The notes beneath the pieces are model-generated. The model made no database searches, was not told the origin of the DNA, and saw nothing but the letters and a program-made list of their open reading frames with translations. DNA of 64,000 bases. It comes from Chrysomallon squamiferum. Taxonomy: Eukaryota; Animalia; Mollusca. Location: positions 18,848,001-18,912,000 of the forward strand of contig CM022677.1 in NCBI GenBank assembly GCA_012295275.1. The letters are read 5' to 3'. The position numbers and the translations under genes were made by a program. Of the stretch, positions 35,762-50,500 are shown piece by piece; the stretch's first letter is position 1, and each line of letters begins with the position of its first letter.

Positions 35762-36913
35762 CATGACACACATAAGCACACGCATCGTCCGCGGACTTCT
35801 CTTCACCAGACTCGAGGAAAGAGCCACCATGTTGGATCGACCGTGTGACGTCCTGTGAAACGTCTACGAAAGTGTCAACGGCGTCCTGATGGAAGCCAGG
35901 CTCGTCTGCAGACCGCTCCACGTCTGAGGAAACGTTTCCCTCCTCCTCCTTCTCCTCCAGGATCTGCCCACCAGAGGTTCTTGTTTCCTCAGATTCAGCG
36001 TCCTGTTCTGGTGGTTCAGCATCTGTCTCATCCTGCTCTGTTTCTGATTCAGCTTGTTTTGAGTCGTAGTCTGTGCGTTTTGTCTGAACGTCTTGTGTCT
36101 CTGGTTCAGCTCTTATTGATTCTTCTGAGTCTGCATGCTGTTCGTCTGATTCAGCATCTGTTTCAAGCTGCTGTTTCTCTGATTCAGTTTGAATTGATTC
36201 CTCGTCTGTCTGATCTATCTCTGGTTCAGCATGCGTTGATTCTTCTGATTCGAGGTTCTGCTCACTTGATTCAAAATCTGTTTGAGCACATTCTGATTCA
36301 ACTTGTCTTGATTCATCGTCCGTAGTTCTTATCTCTCGGTCACCTTGTATTGATTGTTCTGAATCGACATGCTGTTCGACCGATTCAGCGCCAGTTTCAG
36401 CATGCTCTACCTCTGATTCGTCACATTTTGATTCAACGTCTGCAATTCTCTCTACTCGTTGTTTCTTTGTTTCAACATGTTCAGATTCATCCCACCTTGT
36501 TTCTGTTTCAAATTCACGTGTCTCTGGTCCAGCTTCTATTAATTCTTCTAATTCTACATCGTGTCCAGCTGGCTCAGCGTCCATCTCAACTTCTTGCTTC
36601 TCTGATTCAGCTTCTGCTACTTTTTCGTGTCCAACTCCTGACTCGTCTGTCTCAGTAGATTCTTTGACACCTTCCTGGACATCGTGTGTTTCTGAGTCAA
36701 CAAGACTTGAATCTACGCCTTCAGTTTGGGTTTGGTCTGTCTGTTTTATCTCCAAATCTGCATCTTTAGACATCTCTTCTTTCTCATGATCATAGTCTGT
36801 GGTTAAGTATTCTGTTACTTGTTGTTCTAGTACAGATGATTTATCAGTGACTGTGTAGCTTGTCTCTTCCTCTATGGAGTCAGCTTCTTCGAGGAACGAT
36901 AAATCTGGTTTCA
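35762..36913 (-). CDS. Internal coding exon, 1152 bp (384 codons), paralogue of 1459-2604
   Basis: Acceptor cacgatttcAG|TGAAACCA (AG at 36915-36914); donor CATG|GTGAGA. Indels relative to the left copy preserve frame. Confidence 0.85.
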
Positions 36914-38567
36914 CTGAAATCGTGAAAAAAACAACATTATATATATATAGAAATTTATATTATGGTGCTATGATAATGTAATATAATGTAGTGTCGTTAT
37001 AGTGTACTGTACAGTAATAAAATGTAATATAAATTTTGAAAAACAGTAATACAAACTGTAAAACAATATGATAATTTGACATACTATTTAATTTAATGCT
37101 ACGAAACGTGTTAAATAATATAATATAATATTTGCATAATTTAATGTAATACGCTCTGTATATGATCTAATATAATATAATGTAATATAATGACATACAA
37201 TAAGAAATAATGTATACGATTTAAATGTTATATTTCAAAAACAATGCTATTAATAGGATGTCACATGAATATAAAAACCACCTCAGTCAATGAGTCAGTG
37301 ATGAAACATGCTTAATGGATACAGGACAACTTCGTTTATTACACAACACTGTTATGACGTTAACAAAATTATCAAACAGCAGCTTCTGCAAAGTGAAACA
37401 TAAATGACATTGTACAGGATGTAGATTATTATTCAGTATACCCAATATTCAGTTTGTTGACGTAAATGTGCATTTGACAGAATTGTGAAATGCACTGAAT
37501 AAATAATTTTATTACACAAAAATGTTTAGTGTATAGCGCATCAAAAATTAGCATTAAAAGCCATCGTTGATGAAAATGAATATTGTGAGTGAAATTGTTT
37601 TGAAACGAAAGCTGAATAACAACAACAACAACGACAATAATATTAATAATAATAGTAAAACGCAAAGATTAAAAATGAAACAAAACAAGCAGACAAAAAA
37701 ACGATACATGAATAATGCATAATAAACACAATCAAAAACAAAAAGAAAACAGTATATACAGGAGCAACAAGGTCAAGAACACCAGCAGCAGGATCAACAA
37801 CAACAATAAATAATAATAATAATAATAATAAGTACTAGATAACACGATAATAATCTTTACTATTATTATAAGAATATTAGTTTACTATTACTAGTAAAGC
37901 CATGAGTAACTAATTACATATATTAGTAACGATTAAGCAATCAGCCAATGCATAAAAAACAGTATTATAAAATATCTAGATGGAAATATATTTTCCATTA
38001 TTGTTAGTACCTAATACGCTTATTGACTACAATGCATATAATATATAAATTTTCTATTAAACAACTGATCTACTTGATTGTCATAGATTGTCATCATTTG
38101 AATGAACCTATCTATGTGTCTGTCTGTCTGTCTCTCTGTCTATCTATCTGTCTATGCACATATATAATCATATGAAAACAAATATTAGTGAATGCATTAC
38201 AGTTTTGTGATCTAGTGACTAATAAAAACATAATGCTGCTAACCTCTGGGAATCTGAAAAAGCACTTAAAATCTATACTTACAAATATTTAGAAACTAAA
38301 GTTGAGACTCAAAGTTCACATATTTAAAGGGCCGTACACAAACCAAAACATAAACAAAATGCAACATTAGCTTTCTCTGAATGCTGAATGGTTCTTTATA
38401 AGACGAAAGCCCAGAAATGATCAAATGTAAGCAATGCGTTCTAGGACATTCGTGTTTAATGTTATCCCTGTTACCTAGTAGATGATTACAAAGCGAGATG
38501 TGTTAGTACTGGTTTTCAGTATGAAATGATAATGGATAATGACTGGCAAATAAGCAATTCTGCTTAC
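36914..38567 (-). other. GT-AG intron, 1654 bp, phase 1
   Basis: Donor TTTG|GTAAGC at 38567. Homologous to but clearly diverged from 2605-4369. Confidence 0.85.
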
Positions 38568-41500
38568 CAAAATCATCACCATCATCATCATGATCATCCA
38601 CAGACAAGGCACTATGATCAAGGAGATATTCTGGCAGGTGTTCTTTTCTCTCGACATCTGGGAATATTGTAGGCTGAGTGTCTGTGTCTTCTTCAGACTT
38701 TGTGTCAGCATCTTCAATATTCTGATCAACATCGTCTGTCTTCTTAACTACGTCTTCTTCTACAATTACATCTTTGCTGCCATCATCTTCAGGCAGGACA
38801 GCAGTGTCCAAGCCTACACATGTTGTTTCTTCTGAAGACGTTCCTGCCGATTCCTCCAAAAGAGATGAATCCCGAGTTTGCTTCAACCGTCTCAGGATTT
38901 CAGCTCGAATATCTGGAATCTGTGATGGAATTTCTTGTGTAACGAAATGAGGTCTGTCTTCGGAGAATGCTGTTAAAGATTCATGCATAATTGCAGCATC
39001 TTGGCTGGGACCTGGATGTCTCTCAGCATGGATTTCTGATTCTTCTCTTTCTTGTTCTCTATAAGAAGCTAAATGTTCGGAAGATACTGCTGGGAATTCT
39101 TCTGTAGAAGAAGGTTCCTGCTTGTCACCGAGAAGTCTCAGGATTTCGGCACGAATTTCAGGAATCTGTGAAGGAATCGATACTTCTTTTTCGAATCCAG
39201 TCCTTTGTTCTTCGAGTCCTGTGGAGTCAAAATAGTCGACAATCTCCTGGCGGTCTTCAAACCACAGTTTCCTAATAATTGTCTCTGTGTCTTCAGAAAC
39301 GTGTTTTTCTGGCTGCGTTAGTGTTTCAACATTGTCTGACGTGTCTGTGAATAACGTGCTGCCAGAAATGAATTCCTCTTCACACGAATCCAGCGAAACG
39401 GGAGCTTTCAGCAGCTCAAATTTTTCCTGAATCACAAGTTTCATAAATTCAGCTTCCGTGAGGTTTGTCAGGTCTTCTTCTTTTTCTTCGTCTTTTTCTT
39501 GCATTTGTTCTGGTTCTAGAACCTTCTCGATGGTGCTTGACAAATGTTCTTCTTTATCTTCATATCGTTCCGGTTCCAGATTTGTTTCTGTTTCTGATTC
39601 ATCTTTGGAGTCATATTCATGTTGCTGATCTTGCTCCAAAACTGTTTCAGTAATATCCAATAGACCTTGCTCTTTTTCTTTTTCTTGCTGGATTTGTCCA
39701 GTGATATCCTGTAATCTTTCTAAGCCATCAGTTTGATCAGTTCTTGTTTCATTGGTCTCAGTATCCGATTCTTTTCTATCAGTAGTTTCTTCTTCTTTAG
39801 TGTTTACAGATTTCGTTTCCAGGATTTCGAAACTTTCTAAGCCCGATATTTCGTCAGCTGATGTTTCCTGAATTTCAGTGTCTGGTTCGTTATATTCAGA
39901 TATTTCGTCAGTTGATGTTTCCTGAATTTCAGAATCTGGTTCTTTATATTCAGATATTTCGTCAGCTGATGTTTCCTGAATTTCAGAGTCTGGTTCTTTA
40001 TATTCAGATATTTCGTCAGCTGATGTTTCCTGAATTTCAGCATCTGGTTCTTTAAATTCAGATATTTCGTCAGCTGATGTTTCCTGAATTTCATAGTCTG
40101 GTTCTTTATCTCCAGATATTTCGTCAGCTGATGTTTCCTGAATTTCAGTCTCTGGTTCTTTATATTCAGATATTTCGTCAGCTGATGTTTCCTGAATTTC
40201 AGAGTCTGGTTCTTTATATTCAGATATTTCGTCAGCTGATGTTTCCTGAATTTCAGCATCTGGTTCTTTAAATTCAGATATTTCGTCAGCTGATGTTTCC
40301 TGAATTTCAGCATCTGGTTCTTTAAATTCAGATATTTCGTCAGCTGATGTTTCCTGAATTTCATAGTCTGGTTCTTTATATTCAGATATTTCGTCAGCTG
40401 ATGTTTCCTGAATTTCAGTCTCTGGTTCTTTATCTCCAGATATTTCGTCAGCTGATGTTTTCTGAATTTCAGTCTCTGGTTCTTTATCTCCAGATATTTC
40501 GTCAGCTGATGTTTCCTGAATTTCAGTCTCTGGTTCTTTATATTCAGATATTTCGTCAGCTGATGTTTCCTGAATTTCAGAGTCTGGTTCTTTATATTCA
40601 GATATTTCGTCAGCTGATGTTTCCTGAATTTCAGCATCTGGTTCTTTAAATTCAGATATTTCGTCAGCTGATGTTTCCTGAATTTCAGCATCTGGTTCTT
40701 TAAATTCAGATATTTCGTCAGCTGATGTTTCCTGAATTTCATAGTCTGGTTCTTTATATTCAGATATTTCTTCAGCTGATGTTGCCTGAATTTCAGTGTC
40801 GATTTCTTCATACACAGATGTTTGCATCTGCATGATATCGTCAGATCTCGTTACCACTGTTTCCAGATCTGTAGAACTTACCAGACCACTCATTTCTTCA
40901 GCTGTATCATCGACTTCGTATTTATCTGTTATTCTTCCTTCTTCAGTGGGAGATACAATGTTTAGTTCTTCTTCAGGCAGGGTCTGGGAACCATGTTCTG
41001 TGGATTCTTTCTCTGCCTCTTCACGAAACGCTTCTTCGGTTTCAAATTCCTCCCTTCTCTCTTCTCTATACGCCTCTTCTGTTTCAAATGTTTTAGTTTC
41101 AAGATCTTGTCCTGCCTCTTCTGTTTCGAACTGTTCGTCGTACAACAGTTCAGCAGTCACATCTTTCATCTCTTCTCCAGGAGCTTCTTGAACAACATCT
41201 TCCGTTTCCAGATCAAATATTTGCTCAGTTTCGTCATCCTGAGAAACCCGAACAGTAGATTCAACGTTCTCTTCCTCATCCACGTCATCAGCTTCTTCTT
41301 CAAACTCTGCTACGGATGACGCTTCGTCGTCGGCTTCCTCTTCTTCTTCTTCGGTGTCGTCGACAAAATCGTGTTCTCCTGCAGCTTCAGAAACCGATTC
41401 TGCCTCGGACGAAATGTTGACCGCGTCGCCCACGTCCTTCTCAATCAGGGAACTTTCCTTGTCAGTGTCTCCTTGTTCCGACGACTCATCAGTCGTCACA

Positions 41501-44500
41501 GGCTGAACGTCACAAACTCTCGCTTCTGACGCTGTTTCTTCGTCGAAGCAGAGCTCCTCGATTTCTTCGTGGTCGGACATCCCATCATCGATCTGCTCAG
41601 TTGGTTCCTCTTCTGAGTCTCCTCTGGACTCCTGGCCCGATTCCTGCAGCTGTGTCCTCTCGGACGTCTCTTCGTCTGACCATCGGTCAACAGACAGCCA
41701 GTCTCCCGGCTCCTTGGCTAAATATTCCTCGTCATCGTGTGTCGTCCAGCTTTCAGAGACAGTTTCGTACGACGACGACTCTGGCTGGGAGCCAACGTCG
41801 TGGTATTCTTCAGACTCTGTTTCCGACGACAGAGTTCTGTCTAAATCTTGAATCCTGCTTGGAACTTCACCTGTGGGTACTTCTTCGGGAGATACGATAG
41901 GTGCATCTTGTGATTTTCTTTGGACATCGCGATCAGTTTCCCGAGAAGGATGAACAGTTTCGAGGTCCTCTGATAGAGTCTGCTGTTCTGATACATCAGG
42001 AGTATCTGTAGAAACAGCTGCTTGTTGGGTGTCAGATAACTCATGTAATGTTTCAGAAGACTTAGTGGAAAGAGTAGCTTGTTCTGGCGTAATGTCCAAC
42101 GATTTTTCTGGTTCTTCAGTTTCTGAAATTAAGTCTTGTTCGGATTTTGTTTCATCAACAGGAGAAGTTGTAACAACAGTTTCATCTGAAATAGTTACAG
42201 CTGGTTCTTCAGTTTCTGAAATTATGTCGTCTTCGGATTTTGTTTCATCAACAGGAAACGTTGTATCAACAATTTCTTCTGAAACAGTCGTAAATGGTTC
42301 TTCTGTTTCTTCATCTGGTTTTGTTTCATCAATAAGAGATGTTGTATCAACATTTTTTTCTGAAACAATCACAGCTGGTTCTTCTGTTTCTTCTTCTGGC
42401 TTTGATTCATCAACAGGAAATGTTGTATCAACAGTTTCTTCTGAAACAGTTACAACTGGTTCTTCAGTTTCTGAAATTATTTCTTCTTCGGATTTTGTTT
42501 CATCAACAGGTGTAGTTGTATCAACAGTTTCTTCTGAAACAGTCATAAATGGTTCTTCTGTTTCTTCTTCTGGCTTTGATTCATCAACAGGAAGAGTTGT
42601 ATCAACAGTTTCTTCTGAAACAGTCGTAAATGGTTCTTCTGTTTCTTCTTCTGGCTTTGATTCATCAACAAGATATGTTGTATCAACAGTTTCTTCTGAA
42701 ACAGTTACAACTGGTTCTTCAGTTCCTGAAATTATTTCTTCTTCGGATTTTGTTTCATCAACAGGTAGAGTTGTATCAACAGTTTCTTCTGAAACAGTTA
42801 CAACTGGTTCTTCAGTTTCTGAAATTATCTCTTCTTCAGCTTTTGTTTCATCAACAGGAAGAGTTGTATCAACAGTTTCTTTTGAAACAGATGTAGATGG
42901 TTCTTCTGTTTCTTCTTCAGATTTTGTTTCATCAACAGGAAGAGTTGTATCAACAGTTTCTTCTGAAACAGTTACAGCTGGTTCTTCAGCTTCTGAAATT
43001 ATTTCTTTTTTTCGATTTTTGTTTCATCAACAGGAAGAGTTGTATCAACAGGTTCTTCTGTAACAATCACAGCTGGTTCTTCTTTTTCTTCATCTGGTTT
43101 TGTTTCATCAACAAGAGATGTTGTATCAACAGTTTCTTCTGAAACAGTTACAGCTGGTTCTTCAGTTTCTGAAATTATGTTTTCTTCGGATTTTGTTTCA
43201 TCAACAGTTTCTTCTGAAACAGTTACAGCTGGTTCTTCAGCTTCTGAAATTATTTCTTCTTCGGATTTTGTTTCATCAACAGGAAGAGCTGTGTCAACAA
43301 TTTCTTCTGTAACAATCACAGCTGGTTCGTCTTTTTTTCTTCATCTGGTTTTGTTACATCAACAAGAGATGTTGTATCAACAGTTTCTTCGGAAACAGTC
43401 GTAGTTGGTTCTTCTTCCGGTTTTGTTTCATCAACAGGAAGAGTTGTATCAACAGTTTCTTCTGAAACAGTTACAGCTAGTTCTTCAGTTTCTGAAATTA
43501 TCTCTTCTTCAGCTTTTGTTTCATCAACAGGGAGAGTTGTATCAACAGTTTCTTTTGAAACAGACGTAGATGGTTCTTCTGTTTCTGGAGTTATTTCTTC
43601 TTCGCATTTTGTTTCATCAACAGGTAGAGTTGTATCAACAGTTTCTTCTGAAACAGTTACAGCTGGTTCTTCAGTTTCTGAAATTATTTCTTCTTCGGAT
43701 TTTGTTTCATCAACAGGTGTAGTTGTATCAACAGTTTCTTCTGAAACAGTCATAAATGGTTCTTCTGTTTCTTCTTCTGGCTTTGATTCATCAACAGGAA
43801 GAGTTGTATCAACAGTTTCTTCTGAAACAGTCGTAAATGGTTCTTCTGTTTCTTCTTCTGGCTTTGATTCATCAACAAGATATGTTGTATCAACAGTTTC
43901 TTCTGAAACAGTTACAACTGGTTCTTCAGTTCCTGAAATTATTTCTTCTTCGGATTTTGTTTCATCAACAGGTATAGTTGTATCAACAGTTTCTTCTGAA
44001 ACAATTACAACTGGTTCTTCAGTTTCTGAAATTATCTCTTCTTCAGCTTTTGTTTCATCAACAGGAAGAGTTGTATCAACAGTTTCTTTTGAAACAGATG
44101 TAGATGGTTCTTCTGTTTCTGGAGTTATTTCTTCTTCGGATTTTGTTTCATCAACAGGTATAGTTCTGTCAACAGTTTCTTCTGAAACAATTACAGCTGG
44201 TTCTTCAGTTTCTGAAATTATGTCTTCTTCGGATTTTGTTTCATCAACAGGTGTAGTTGTATCAACAGTTTCTTCTGAAACAGTCGTAAATGGTTCTTCT
44301 GTTTCTTCTTCTGGCTTTGATTCATCAACAAGATATGTTGTATCAACAGTTTCTTCTGAAACAGTTACAACTGGTTCTTCAGTTCCTGAAATTATTTCTT
44401 CTTCGGATTTTGTTTCATCAACAGGTAGAGTTGTATCAACAGTTTCTTCTGAAACAGTTACAACTGGTTCTTCAGTTTCTGAAATTATCTCTTCTTCAGC

Positions 44501-47500
44501 TTTTGTTTCATCAACAGGAAGAGTTGTATCAACAGTTTCTTTTGAAACAGATGTAGATGGTTCTTCTGTTTCTTCTTCAGATTTTGTTTCATCAACAGGA
44601 AGAGTTGTATCAACAGTTTCTTCTGAAACAGTTACAGCTGGTTCTTCAGCTTCTGAAATTATTTCTTTTTCGGATTTTGTTTCATCAACAGGAAGAGTTG
44701 TATCAACAGGTTCTTCTGTAACAATCACAGCTGGTTCTTCTTTTTCTTCATCTGGTTTTGTTTCATCAACAAGAGATGCTGTATCAACAGTTTCTTCTGA
44801 AACAGTTACAGCTGGTTCTTCAGCTTCTGAAATTATTTCTTCTTCGGATTTTGTTTCATCAACAGGAAGAGCTGTGTCAACAATTTCTTCTGTAACAATC
44901 ACAGCTGGTTCGTCTTTTTCTTCATCTGGTTTTGTTACATCAACAAGAGATGTTGTATCAACAGTTTCTTCGGAAACAGTCGTAGTTGGTTCTTCTTCCG
45001 GTTTTGTTTCATCAACAGGAAGAGTTGTATCAACAGTTTCTTCTGAAACAGTTACAGCTAGTTCTTCAGTTTCTGAAATTATCTCTTCTTCAGCTTTTGT
45101 TTCATCAACAGGGAGAGTTGTATCAACAGTTTCTTTTGAAACAGACGTAGATGGTTCTTCTGTTTCTGGAGTTATTTCTTCTTCGCATTTTGTTTCATCA
45201 ACAGGTAGAGTTGTATCAACAGTTTCTTCTGAAACAGTTACAGCTGGTTCTTCAGTTTCTGAAATTATTTCTTCTTCGGATTTTGTTTCATCAACAGGTG
45301 TAGTTGTATCAACAGTTTCTTCTGAAACAGTCATAAATGGTTCTTCTGTTTCTTCTTCTGGCTTTGATTCATCAACAGGAAGAGTTGTATCAACAGTTTC
45401 TTCTGAAACAGTCGTAAATGGTTCTTCTGTTTCTTCTTCTGGCTTTGATTCATCAACAAGATATGTTGTATCAACAGTTTCTTCTGAAACAGTTACAACT
45501 GGTTCTTCAGTTCCTGAAATTATTTCTTCTTCGGATTTTGTTTCATCAACAGGTATAGTTGTATCAACAGTTTCTTCTGAAACAATTACAACTGGTTCTT
45601 CAGTTTCTGAAATTATCTCTTCTTCAGCTTTTGTTTCATCAACAGGAAGAGTTGTATCAACAGTTTCTTTTGAAACAGATGTAGATGGTTCTTCTGTTTC
45701 TGGAGTTATTTCTTCTTCGGATTTTGTTTCATCAACAGGTATAGCTCTATCAACAGTTTCTTCTGAAACAATTACAACTGGTTCTTCAGTTTCTGAAATT
45801 ATGTCTTCTTCGGATTTTGTTTCATCAACAGGTGTAGTTGTATCAACAGTTTCTTCTGAAACAGATACAACTGGTTCTTCAGTTTCTGAAATTATGTCTT
45901 CTTCGGATTTTGTTTCATCAACAGGTGTAGTTGTATCAACAGTTTCTTCTGAAACAGATACAACTGGTTCTTCAGTTTCTGAAATTATTTCTTCTGGTTT
46001 TGTTTCTGAAACAGTCGTTGTTGGTTCTTCTGTTTCTTCGTCCGGTTTTGTTTCATCAACAGGAAGAACTGTATCAACAGTTTCTTCCGAAACAGTCGTA
46101 AATGGTTCTTCTGTTTCTTCTTCTGGTTTTCTTTCATCAACAGGAAGAGTTGTATCAACAATTTCTTCTGAAACAGTCGTAAATGGTTCTTCTGTTTCTT
46201 CTTCGGATTTTGTTTCATCAACAGGAAGAGTTGTATCAACAGTTTCTTCTGAAACAGTCGTAAATGGTTCTTCTAATTCTTTTTCGGATTTTGTTTCATC
46301 AACAGGAAGAGTTGTATCAACAGGTTCTTCTGTAACAATCACAGCTGGTTCGTCTTTTTCTTCATCTGGTTTTGTTACATCAACAAGAGATGTTGTATCA
46401 ACAGTTTCTTCGGAAACAGTCGTAGTTGGTTCTTCTTCCGGTTTTGTTTCATCAACAGGAAGAGTTGTATCAACAGTTTCTTCTGAAACAGTTACAGCTA
46501 GTTCTTCAGTTTCTGAAATTATCTCTTCTTCAGCTTTTGTTTCATCAACAGGAAGAGTTGTATCAACAGTTTCTTTTGAAACAGACGTAGATGGTTCTTC
46601 TGTTTCTGGAGTTATTTCTTCTTCGGATTTTGTTTCATCAGCAATTTTTTCAAAAGCCGTTATAACTGGTTCTGCTATCTCCGAAATTCTTTCTTCTGCT
46701 GTTTTGTCAGTTATTTCAGCAGGCTCAATTTCCTCAGTCTCTCCCATTAGCTCAAACGACTCCATATCAGAAGCTACATCGTCTCCTTCTTCTGATTCAA
46801 CGGTTCTTTCTCGTTCTTGAGACGTTGCAGCTAATTCCTCTTTCTCTAATTCTGCTTCAGACAGTGAGAGATCAGTTTCTTCTACTGATTTCACAAAAGA
46901 CTGAATAAAAGCTTTTGTCAGTTCTTCTTCCTTTTGTACGTCGGTGGCCTCGGACTCTACAGGAGCTGGTTTTTCAACAGTATCTGAGATTACATCAGTT
47001 TCGAAAGGCCGCGCAACCAAACCAGCTGGTGGTAACGCAGGACTTTCACAAACTGACTGATCTGCTTCTTTTTTCAATAAATCACTTTCTGTAACGTGAG
47101 TTATTTCGTCTTCGTCGCTCGTTTGTTCTTCTTCTTTGCCGTGATCTTGTTCTTGTGTGTGCTGTAAGCCGAAAACTGATTGAAAATGTGGTCCAGAGGA
47201 TTGCTCCGTTTGATCAGCCTTGACAACGAAGCAGAAGTCATCTCCCTCTTCGCCATAAACTGTTGTGATGTGTTCTTCATACGATAGCTGTTTTTCTTTC
47301 TCTTTTGCCTCATATTCGTCACTTTCATGTGTGTAGTCTCTGATAGCGTCTTTTTCAGTGTCTAAGATATCTTTCACACCACTTGGTATCAAACCCTCCG
47401 ATACTTCTGTTGATGGATATTCGATTTCAAATTGACCACTTTCAGTTTTTTCTTGGCTAACGTCTTCTGCAGATGCTGGCTCTTTTTCAGCTTCCTTGCA

Positions 47501-50500
47501 CTCGGTGTCTAGAGTATCCTTCATGGCAGTGGTTCCTAAGGTTTCAGCTACTTCTAGCGATAGACTTTCCATTTCGAATTCTTCCATTTCAGTTTCAACG
47601 AGACTTTCGTCATCAGAATGAGCTTCCTGTTGTCTGGTAGTCAAGAGAGTATCAAACTCGTCTTCATCAGAATCATAGACTTCTGTAAATAGTCCATCAT
47701 TCATGGGGACTGTTTCCTTTCTTTCAGAAACCTCCTGCACATCCACTAATCTCGAGTCAGCAGTTGATGGAACATAATCACCGCCTATCTCTTCGTCTTC
47801 ATGTGGAACATCTGCAACTACTTTGGCTGGCTCATCTGCAAACCCAGCAGCAACACCAACGTCTAAGCCACTGATCTTTTCATCCGAAACTCTTGGAACT
47901 TCGTCAGTCTCTTGACCATATGTTTCAGATTCTTGACCATCTGTTTCAGATTTTGGAACACAGGTTTCGACCTCTGTCACTGTTCTTTCACTAACATATT
48001 CCTGATGTTTATTCTCCTCGACGACAACACTTCTAAAAACTTCAGCTGGAGAAGCCGCTAGCCATTTGACTTCTTCGCTCGACATGGAAGATTCTGCCTG
48101 AACATCTTCTGGTCTTCGTTCACTTTCTATTGGACTTATCTTGTATTTAGCTAGTTCTAAAAGACTTGAACTGTCAGGTTGCTCAACTTCTGTTTCTTTT
48201 GTTGGTGTATCGTCTGGTAATGCATCTGACGTTCCATCATCTAAAGACATGTATCTCACATCACTTTGATCTGTTTGTTGTTCATCTGATACTGAAGGTT
48301 GATCATCTTTAAAGGCTTGCTCTGTAGGAGCAGGTTTCTCATGGCAATAGCATGTGCTTGTCATGTACATTTCCCTAGTTTCAATAGTGACTGTACCATC
48401 ATCATCAGGTTTTGTTAATTCTTCTAGAGGTTTTATTTCTGATTTACTCATCTCATATGCTGCAGACGCTAACTGCTCAGACCTGATCATATCGAACTCA
48501 CTGTCTGATGGTTCTCTATCTTCAGATTTAGAAAAATCTTCAGCTATTTCACCTTCTGGTTTTGAATCCACTGTTTCAGAATCTGGTTTGGTGTCTTTCA
48601 CGTCCACTTCCAATTCTGACTTGTAAGTCATGGAGATTTCTTCCATCTTTTCAATCACTTCTTTAGGCTTGGCAGTTTCCTCAGCTGATTCGAAATCTTG
48701 ATCTCCCCAACCTGACAAAAGTTCTTTAACAGACAAGCTTCTGGAGGCAAGATCTTCAACGCACTGTACGGGAGTGATGACTCGTTCTGAAGTGTATCCC
48801 GAACTTACACGATCTCTGACACTGACTGAAATATCCTCAGAATAAGCAGTCTCTCGACGCTCTTCAGATATTTTCGTTTCAAAGATTCCTTTGTCCACTT
48901 CTTCGGTTATCTGACTGTCGTCAGTTTCTTGTTCATCTTGAAGTTTGGCATCTTCGTCTTCAACCACTTTTTCTCTTTCGTGTATTTTCTCTTCAGCATC
49001 ATTTTCGTCATTTTCTTCTTGTTGTTCAAATTCCAGAGCTTCTGTTAATGGTTCTGTAATAGCAATTTCTTCTTCTGTTTCAGTAAGAAAAGTTAGTACT
49101 TTTGTTTCAGGGACAGTAGTGTGTTCCTCTGTTTCGGACACAAATGTTTCTTCTGTTTCAGGTACAGTGGTTTCGCCTGTTTCAGGTACAGTGGTTTCGC
49201 CTGCTATTTCAAGCATCGTCGTTTTGCGGGTTTCATGCAAAACAGTCTCATCTGTTTCAGTCGCTGTCGCTCCTTCCTCTACCAGGGGCACAATGCCTTC
49301 ATCATCAGCATCAGGTATAGCTGTTTCGTGTGTTTCTGTTCCAGTTGTTTCTTCTTCTTGTGTTTCTGTTTCAGTTGTTTCTTCTTCTTGTGTTTCTGTT
49401 TCAGCTGTTTCTTTTTCTTCTGTTTCTGTTTCAATTATTTCTTCTTTTTGTGTTTCTGTTTCAGCTGTTTCTTTTTCTTCTGTTTCTGTTTCAATTATTT
49501 CTGTTTCTTGTGTTTCTTCTTGTTGTTCTGTTTCAGTCACATCTGCTTCTTGTGTTTCTTGAAGAATATTTTCTTCAGGAATGTCTTGACTTTCTGTTGT
49601 TTCCATAACTTCAAGTGAAGAAATTTCTTGTTCCAACGTAATACCTTGGTCTGCAAATTTCTCAGTGACAGGAATTTCCATTTCCTGAATCACCTTTTGT
49701 ATGTCTGATTCAGTTATTGAAACGTCTTCGGAAATTTCTTCTTGTGTTTCTGATACAGCTGTTTCTTCTTCTTGTCTTTCTGTTTCTTCTTGTGTTTCTG
49801 ATACAACTGTTTCTTCTTCTGTTTCTGATACAACTGTTTCTTCTTCTGTTTCTGATACGACTGTTTCTTCTAGTGTTTCACATACAGCTGTTTCTTTTTC
49901 TTTTTCAGATACAGATGTTTCTGCCTGTGTTTCTGATAAAACTGTTTCTTCATGTGTTTCTGATATATCTATCTCGTCTTGTGTTTCAGACACAGCTGTT
50001 TCTTCTTCTTTTTCAGAATGAGCTGTTTCTTCCTGTGTTTCTGATACAACTCTTTCTTCTTGTGTTTCTGATACAGCTATTTCTTCTTCTGTTTCAGATA
50101 CATTTGTTTCATTTTGTGTTTCTGATACATCTGTTTCTTCTTGTGTTTCAGATACAGCTGTTTCTTCTTCGTTTTCAGACACAGCTGTTTCTTCTTCTTT
50201 TTCAGACACAGCTGTTTCTTCCTGTGTTTCTGATACAGCTGTTTCTTCTTGTGTTTCAGATACAGCTGTTTCTTCTTGTGTTTCTGATACAACTCTTTCT
50301 TCTTGTGTTTCTGATACAACTGTTTCTTCTTGTGTTTCTGATACATCTGTTTTTTCTTGTGTTTCTGATACAACTGTTTCTTCTTGTGTTTCTGATACAT
50401 CTGTTTCTTCTTCTTGTGTTTTTGATACATCTGTTTCTTCTTCTTGTGTTTCAGATACAACTGTTTCTTCTTGTGTTTCTGATACAGCTGTTTCTTTTTC

